Source of the DNA: Planctomycetota bacterium
Lineage (GTDB): Bacteria; Planctomycetota; Planctomycetia; Planctomycetales; Planctomycetaceae
Direction of reading: 5' to 3'
DNA length: 64,000 nt
NCBI GenBank assembly: GCA_963582065.1
Contig: CAUZRQ010000013.1
Span: forward strand, 910 to 64,909
Positions 59,653 through 64,000 of this stretch are shown here, in pieces. The notes below the pieces were generated by a model, which worked only from the letters and a program-made list of their open reading frames with translations, was not told where the DNA came from and did no database searches. The stretch's first letter is position 1, and each line of letters starts with the position of its first letter. The translations under genes were made by a program, and so were the position numbers.

Positions 59653-61068
59653 ATGACTCATTCCGCCACCCGTTGTCGTGGCCCGATCGACCGCCGCAGT
59701 TTCCTGAAGATCGGTGGCCTGTCGCTGGGAGCACTCTCCAGCGGACTCTCGCCCGATTTGGCCGGCCTGCTGGCGGCCGAGGCGGCCGGCGAAGCTCTCG
59801 ACAAGGACTTCTCGGTCATCCTCTTCTGGGCCAATGGCGGTCCGAGCCATCTCGAGACCTTCGACATGAAGCCCGAGGCTCCGGCCGAGTACCGGGGTGA
59901 GTTCCGGCCGATTTCGACCAATGTTCCGGGGATGGACATCTGCGAATTGCTGCCGAACCTGGCGAGGATGGGCGAAAAATATTCGATCGTCCGTAGCCTG
60001 TTTCACAACCGCAACGAGCACTCCGGCGGCACCTGCCGGTTCCTCAGCGGCTACACGCCCAAGGCGGCCAACCCGGCCGACGCCGAGTACCCCGAGTTGG
60101 GCTCGGTGGTGGCCAAGCGGTTGGAGGACCAGGTCGAGGATATTCCGCTGTTCGTGGCCAACACGAAGTTCTACGGCGGTGGCCCGGCCTACCTCGGGGC
60201 GGCCTACTCGGCCTTCATGCCCAACAGCAACTCGATCACTTCCAGTGGAGCCAACCGTTACGATCCGGTTCCGCTGTTCGGTGCCAAGGACGGCCAGTTG
60301 TCGGCTCGCGAAACCGCCCTGGCGTCGCTCCGCAAGCGCAACTCTCTGCTGTCGGAATTTGACGTGTTCCGTCGCGAACTGGACCGGTCGGGGTCGATGG
60401 ACGCGCTCGACAAGTTCCGTCGGCGGGCGGTGGCGATGCTGACCAGTCCGCGGACTGCCCGGGCATTCGACCTGACGAAGGAACCCGAAAGCGTCCATCA
60501 GCGGTACGGCAAGACACACTGGGGCCGCAGCCTGCTGTTGTCGCGTCGCCTGGTCGAGCACGGGGCACGATTCGTCCAGATGCAGGCGACCTTCCGGTTG
60601 AAGAAGGAGAATGGCCGGACCAGCAACTGGGACGACCACAGCGTCAATGCCGACATCTTCAAGGCCTACCGCGAGCGGATGCCGGTCTTCGACCAGGCGG
60701 TTCCTGCGCTGATCAACGATCTCTACGACCGGGGCCTGAACGAGAAAGTCCTGTTCATCTTCTGCGGCGAGTTCGGTCGCACGCCGAAGATCCGGCACCA
60801 GGACAAGGCGACCAAGAGGCCGGGTCGTGACCACTGGGCCCGCTCGATGAGCATTTTCCTGTCCGGTGGCGGCCTGAAGATGGGCCAGGTGATCGGAGCG
60901 ACCAACTCGCGGGGCGAGGACCCGGTGCGAAGGGTGATGAACAGCAACTGCCTGCTGTCGACGGTTTACCGGCGGTTCGGCGTGAACACCGAACACCACT
61001 TCTTCGACAACACCGGTCGCCCGGTTCCGATCCTGACCGACGGCGAGCCGATCAGCGAGTTGTTGTAG
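59653..61068 (+). CDS. DUF1501-domain (sulfatase-fold) protein, Tat-signal-like
   Basis: RRSFLKIGGLSLGA twin-arginine-like leader, FWANGGPSHLETFDMKP and GRDHW motifs. The usual partner of DUF1549/DUF1553 genes. Confidence 0.9.
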   Translation: MTHSATRCRGPIDRRSFLKIGGLSLGALSSGLSPDLAGLLAAEAAGEALDKDFSVILFWANGGPSHLETFDMKPEAPAEYRGEFRPISTNVPGMDICELLPNLARMGEKYSIVRSLFHNRNEHSGGTCRFLSGYTPKAANPADAEYPELGSVVAKRLEDQVEDIPLFVANTKFYGGGPAYLGAAYSAFMPNSNSITSSGANRYDPVPLFGAKDGQLSARETALASLRKRNSLLSEFDVFRRELDRSGSMDALDKFRRRAVAMLTSPRTARAFDLTKEPESVHQRYGKTHWGRSLLLSRRLVEHGARFVQMQATFRLKKENGRTSNWDDHSVNADIFKAYRERMPVFDQAVPALINDLYDRGLNEKVLFIFCGEFGRTPKIRHQDKATKRPGRDHWARSMSIFLSGGGLKMGQVIGATNSRGEDPVRRVMNSNCLLSTVYRRFGVNTEHHFFDNTGRPVPILTDGEPISELL

Positions 61069-61083
61069 ATCTCCCGGCGTTGT

Positions 61084-61674
61084 TCACTCGAACTGTGCCG
61101 GTGGAGTCTCGAGGTCGCGGTAACCGGATTTGGCCAGTCCGAAGGCGTCGGCGACGCGGTTGAAGAACGCGAACATCGCCGTGACGTAGACCGCCTCGGC
61201 GATCTGTTGATCGGTCCAGCCCGCCTCGCGGAGAGCGGCCACCTCCTCGTCGGTTGTCTCGGCCGGTTCCAGTGTCAGTCGCTTGACGAATTCCAGCAAT
61301 CGGCGATGCGGCTCGTCGACGTCCGCGTCGTCGAGGTTGGCTTGTTCGAGCGAGGCGACGACGGAGTTGTCTTCATCCTGCAACTGCAGGAAATGGGCGT
61401 GGGCGTCGGTTCAGTATTCACACCGATTCAGGGCCGAGACGTATGTCGCAATCGCCTCCTTCTGTCGCCTGTCGAGGTGTCCGTCGGTGAAGTGCAGTCC
61501 GTAGGAGGCCTGCATGACCTGGGCCAGGAAGTCGGGGCGGGCCGAGAAGCACTTGAGGATCTCGGGCATTCCGCCGCGTTCGGGGTTCTGGGCCCGCCAC
61601 GCCCCGTAGATCTCGGCCAACTCGCCGGTGGCCTGGTCATCTTCGACCCACGCTATCCTGGGCGATTCGCTCAT
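61084..61674 (-). CDS. AhpD/carboxymuconolactone-decarboxylase-family peroxidase-related protein with one in-frame TGA at 61411-61413 (candidate Sec codon, otherwise pseudogene)
   Basis: Track ORFs 61411..61887 and 61084..61383 share a frame and are separated by only one TGA. The joined product reads ...ATYVSALNRCEY[TGA]TDAHAHFLQLQDEDN..., so the stop falls at the second Cys of the family's CxxC-x3-H motif. Start at Met 61674 (MSESPRIAWVEDD), 4 nt after the upstream gene's stop. Confidence 0.7.
61376..61391 (-). promoter_or_regulatory. SECIS-like stem-loop downstream of the in-frame TGA
   Basis: The mRNA reads UGA-N19-UCCUGC-AGUU-GCAGGA: a 6-bp stem with a 4-nt loop that has G at loop position 2. 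The loop begins 25 nt after the UGA. Drawn by eye and not energy-evaluated. Confidence 0.35.
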
Positions 61675-61678
61675 CGTG

Positions 61679-63622
61679 TCATTTCCTCTTCGAATCGGTT
61701 GTCGTGTCGACGTGAGTGATCTCGTGCAGGGCGTCGATCTTCGGGCCGGCCATCTCCTGGGTGGTTCCATCCGGCCAGCGAACGACCAGTTTCTCGATCC
61801 GGTCGATCCGGCCCAGTCCGAAGGTGACCGGGAGTTCGGACTGCGAGAGATAGCTGCGGGTGGGCATGACCTGCTGGCTACGAACACCTTCGCTGGTGTG
61901 GATGTCGACCCAGGTGCCGATCGCCGTGCTGTTGACCCGGTTGGTACCGGTCAGCCGGACTCTCAGCCAGTGGTGTCCCAGTTGCTGGTCGTTGCGGAGC
62001 AGCCGGGGACGTCCGCCGACGGAGGTGATCAGCAGGTCGAGGTCTCCGTCTCCATCGATGTCGGCAAAGCTGGCTCCTCGGCCGACCATCCGCTCGACGA
62101 AGTCCTTGCCGCACTGGGACGGTTCGAGTGCCACGAACTCGTTCTCGAATTCCGGGCCGCAGTTCCACAGCAATTGAGGAGGTTGCTCGTAGTGCTGGCT
62201 GGGCTGCACCAGGTTGATGTCCGCTTCGAGGTGCCCGTTGGCGGCGAAGATGTCGAGACGGCCGTCGAGGTCACTGTCGAAGAAGAAGACTCCGAAGGTC
62301 AGCTCGGGCCGGGTCAGCGGCGCGATGCCGTTGGAGATCGCTTCGTCCTGGAACACGGGAAGTTGTTCGGCGAGCGTGCGGCGGACGTACAGCGCGGTCG
62401 TTTCGTTGGCGAAGTTGCCGATCGCGATCCCCAGTTCATCGGAGTTGCGGAAGCGGCCGATATCGATGCCCATCGCTCCGCGGGCGTTGCCGTTGGTGTC
62501 GAAGGCGACTCCCGCACTGCGACCTTCCTCCCTGAACGTCCCGTCACCGTTGCCCAGGAACAGGAAGTTGCGGACCGTGTCGTTGGCGACGACCAGGTCA
62601 ACGTGTCCGTCGCTGTTGAGGTCGGCGAAGGCCACGCCCAGCGACTTGGCCAGCGGGATGTTGGTGCTTGCGTTTCGGACCTCGATCCCCGACCTGGTGG
62701 TGGCGTCCTCGAACGTCCCGTCACCGTTGTTGAGGTAGAGATAGGAGGCGCTGCCGGGGAACTTCTGTGGTTGGCCGTAGGCACGGAGCTTGCCGTCGAG
62801 CGTGAAGTTCTGGGCGAGGTCGAAGTCCTTGCTCCAGCCGACGTAGTTGCAGACGAACAGGTCGAGATCTCCGTCGGCATCGGCGTCGAAGAACCCGCAA
62901 CTGGAACTCCACGCGGTTGCCTTGCCGGCCACCCCGGCCGTTTCGGTGACGTCCTCGAACCGGTCACCGGTGTTGCGGAACAGCCGGTTGTGGCCGACGG
63001 CCGAGATGAACAGGTCGGTTCGTCCGTCGTTGTCGAAATCGCCGACGGCGACTCCCATGCCGTAAAGCGACACGTCCAGGCCGCGCTGTTTCGTGACATC
63101 GGCGAACCGGCCCTTTCCGTCGTTGGCGTAGAGGGCCGGGCGAGCCGGTTGTGCGGGCTTGGGACGGGTGTCCCAGTCCCAGCGGCGTGAGTTGACCAGC
63201 AGCAGGTCCTGGTCACCGTCACCGTCGAAATCGAAAAACGCACAGCCGCCACCCATTGTCTCGGGCAGCAGCTTGTCGCCGTAGGCTCCGTTTTCGTGGA
63301 CGAAATCGATGCCGGCTTCGTCGGTGATGTCGGTGAACGTCACCGTCGGGATCTCGGCCTGCGGACGCTCGGGCACCTGCGGCACTTCCAGCGGCGCCCG
63401 CGGGGTGACCGTTTCGGTCTCCTGTTCGAAATACCCTGCTCCAACCAGGACGCCCCCGATCACGACGGCGGCCAGTGCGAAGACGGCCAGTGATCTCCAG
63501 AGCGCCGTCGTGATGACCGTATCGTCCTGCTCCACCGTATCGGGATCGTAGTCCGGTGACTCGTCGACCGACGACTCGGGCACCTGTGGCGTGATGTTCG
63601 GCTCGGGAGGCTGATCGCTCAT
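61679..63622 (-). CDS. FG-GAP/VCBS repeat + ASPIC/UnbV protein (CRTAC1 family), second copy
   Basis: N-terminal TM helix (SLAVFALAAVVIGGVLVGAG), repeated FG-GAP blades (DFDGDGDQDLL, DFDNDGRTDLF...), and C-terminal HWLRVRL...AIGTWVDI UnbV motif. Confidence 0.9.
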   Translation of the reverse strand: MSDQPPEPNITPQVPESSVDESPDYDPDTVEQDDTVITTALWRSLAVFALAAVVIGGVLVGAGYFEQETETVTPRAPLEVPQVPERPQAEIPTVTFTDITDEAGIDFVHENGAYGDKLLPETMGGGCAFFDFDGDGDQDLLLVNSRRWDWDTRPKPAQPARPALYANDGKGRFADVTKQRGLDVSLYGMGVAVGDFDNDGRTDLFISAVGHNRLFRNTGDRFEDVTETAGVAGKATAWSSSCGFFDADADGDLDLFVCNYVGWSKDFDLAQNFTLDGKLRAYGQPQKFPGSASYLYLNNGDGTFEDATTRSGIEVRNASTNIPLAKSLGVAFADLNSDGHVDLVVANDTVRNFLFLGNGDGTFREEGRSAGVAFDTNGNARGAMGIDIGRFRNSDELGIAIGNFANETTALYVRRTLAEQLPVFQDEAISNGIAPLTRPELTFGVFFFDSDLDGRLDIFAANGHLEADINLVQPSQHYEQPPQLLWNCGPEFENEFVALEPSQCGKDFVERMVGRGASFADIDGDGDLDLLITSVGGRPRLLRNDQQLGHHWLRVRLTGTNRVNSTAIGTWVDIHTSEGVRSQQVMPTRSYLSQSELPVTFGLGRIDRIEKLVVRWPDGTTQEMAGPKIDALHEITHVDTTTDSKRK

Positions 63623-64000
63623 TCGTCCACTCCACTCTGCGTCGTCAAACGCGTCTCTTCCGGTTTGTTCGGGAGTTGTCGTTCACTGTCGGGGTCCCGC
63701 ACGGCCGAGGGCAACCCGGGGGCCCCGAGCCGTTGCAGTCGGTAGAAGACCGGTTCTTCGGCCGCGGCGTTGGCCGCCGGGTAACGGGCCTTGGCCCGGC
63801 CGACCGCCTGGTCGCGTGCGTTGTCGTCGGGCTTGAACTTCGCATGCAGGTCGGTGTGGTGCTGGGCCTTCGGGTTGTCGCCCAGTTCCCGGTAAAGCTG
63901 CTGCAGGTTGTAGTGTGCGGTGACGTTTTCGGAATCGACCGCCAGTGCCCGGTGGAACGTCTCGACCGCCTTCTTGAGAAACGCCTTTCTCTGGTCCGCC
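63619..64000 (-). CDS. TPR-like protein, C-terminal fragment (gene continues beyond the window)
   Basis: Not in the ORF track because there is no start in the window. The minus frame reads ...KAFLKKAVETFHRALAVDSENVTAHYNLQQLYRELGDNPKAQHHTDLHAKFKPDDNARDQAV...QSGVDE*, ending in an ATGA overlap with the CRTAC1 start at 63622. Confidence 0.55.
   Translation of the reverse strand, partial: ADQRKAFLKKAVETFHRALAVDSENVTAHYNLQQLYRELGDNPKAQHHTDLHAKFKPDDNARDQAVGRAKARYPAANAAAEEPVFYRLQRLGAPGLPSAVRDPDSERQLPNKPEETRLTTQSGVDE

Noticed and set aside
58534-60999. 821-aa minus-strand ORF spanning the DUF1553 and DUF1501 genes
   Set aside because: It is antisense to two genes with hallmark motifs, crosses their intergenic gap, and has no motifs of its own.
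61628-63190. 520-aa plus-strand ORF antisense to the second CRTAC1 gene
   Set aside because: Shadow ORF with Val/Gly/Asp/Arg-rich composition.
63645-63845. 66-aa minus-strand ORF listed in the track
   Set aside because: It is Arg/Pro/Thr-rich. A different minus frame is open from the window edge to 63619, reads as TPR-like helices, and ends in an ATGA coupling with the next gene.

Overview
High-GC chromosomal segment (GC not computed) whose gene content points to a Planctomycetota genome. Hallmarks are a DUF1549/DUF1553 + DUF1501 gene pair, two CRTAC1/ASPIC-UnbV FG-GAP proteins, PSCyt-like CxxCH modules and a giant secreted multidomain protein. I call about 55 protein-coding genes and see no rRNA, tRNA, CRISPR array, transposase or integrase. 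Housekeeping content: a complete F1Fo ATP synthase operon (atpZ-I-B-E-F-H-A-G-D-C, 21.3-29.4 kb), recJ, ilvN-ilvC, rarA, cysE, ogt, rpsR, an aminotransferase and an M24 peptidase. Metabolic or accessory modules: (i) an AOR-family tungstopterin enzyme followed by fwdD-fwdB-fwdA (formylmethanofuran dehydrogenase-type) at 0-4.8 kb; (ii) a MacB-type ABC transporter operon with two tandem DUF3299 proteins at 8.7-13.8 kb; (iii) a seven-gene minus-strand operon at 29.4-38.3 kb: FAD oxidase, EtfB, EtfA, membrane CCG Fe-S protein, transporter, Rieske oxygenase, FAD oxidase. This looks like an N-methyl (glycine-betaine-type) oxidative demethylation island. (iv) A 54-64 kb block of planctomycete-specific secreted proteins. 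The most interesting single signal is an AhpD/CMD-family gene (61084-61674, minus) with one in-frame TGA exactly at the second Cys of its CxxC redox motif and a small GU-loop hairpin 19 nt downstream. It is either a candidate selenoprotein or a very recent pseudogene. All identifications rest on reading motifs in the supplied translations; no BLAST, HMM or folding was run. Internal start sites were derived by codon arithmetic from the ORF track. Many long ORFs in the track are antisense or off-frame shadows typical of high-GC DNA and were rejected.
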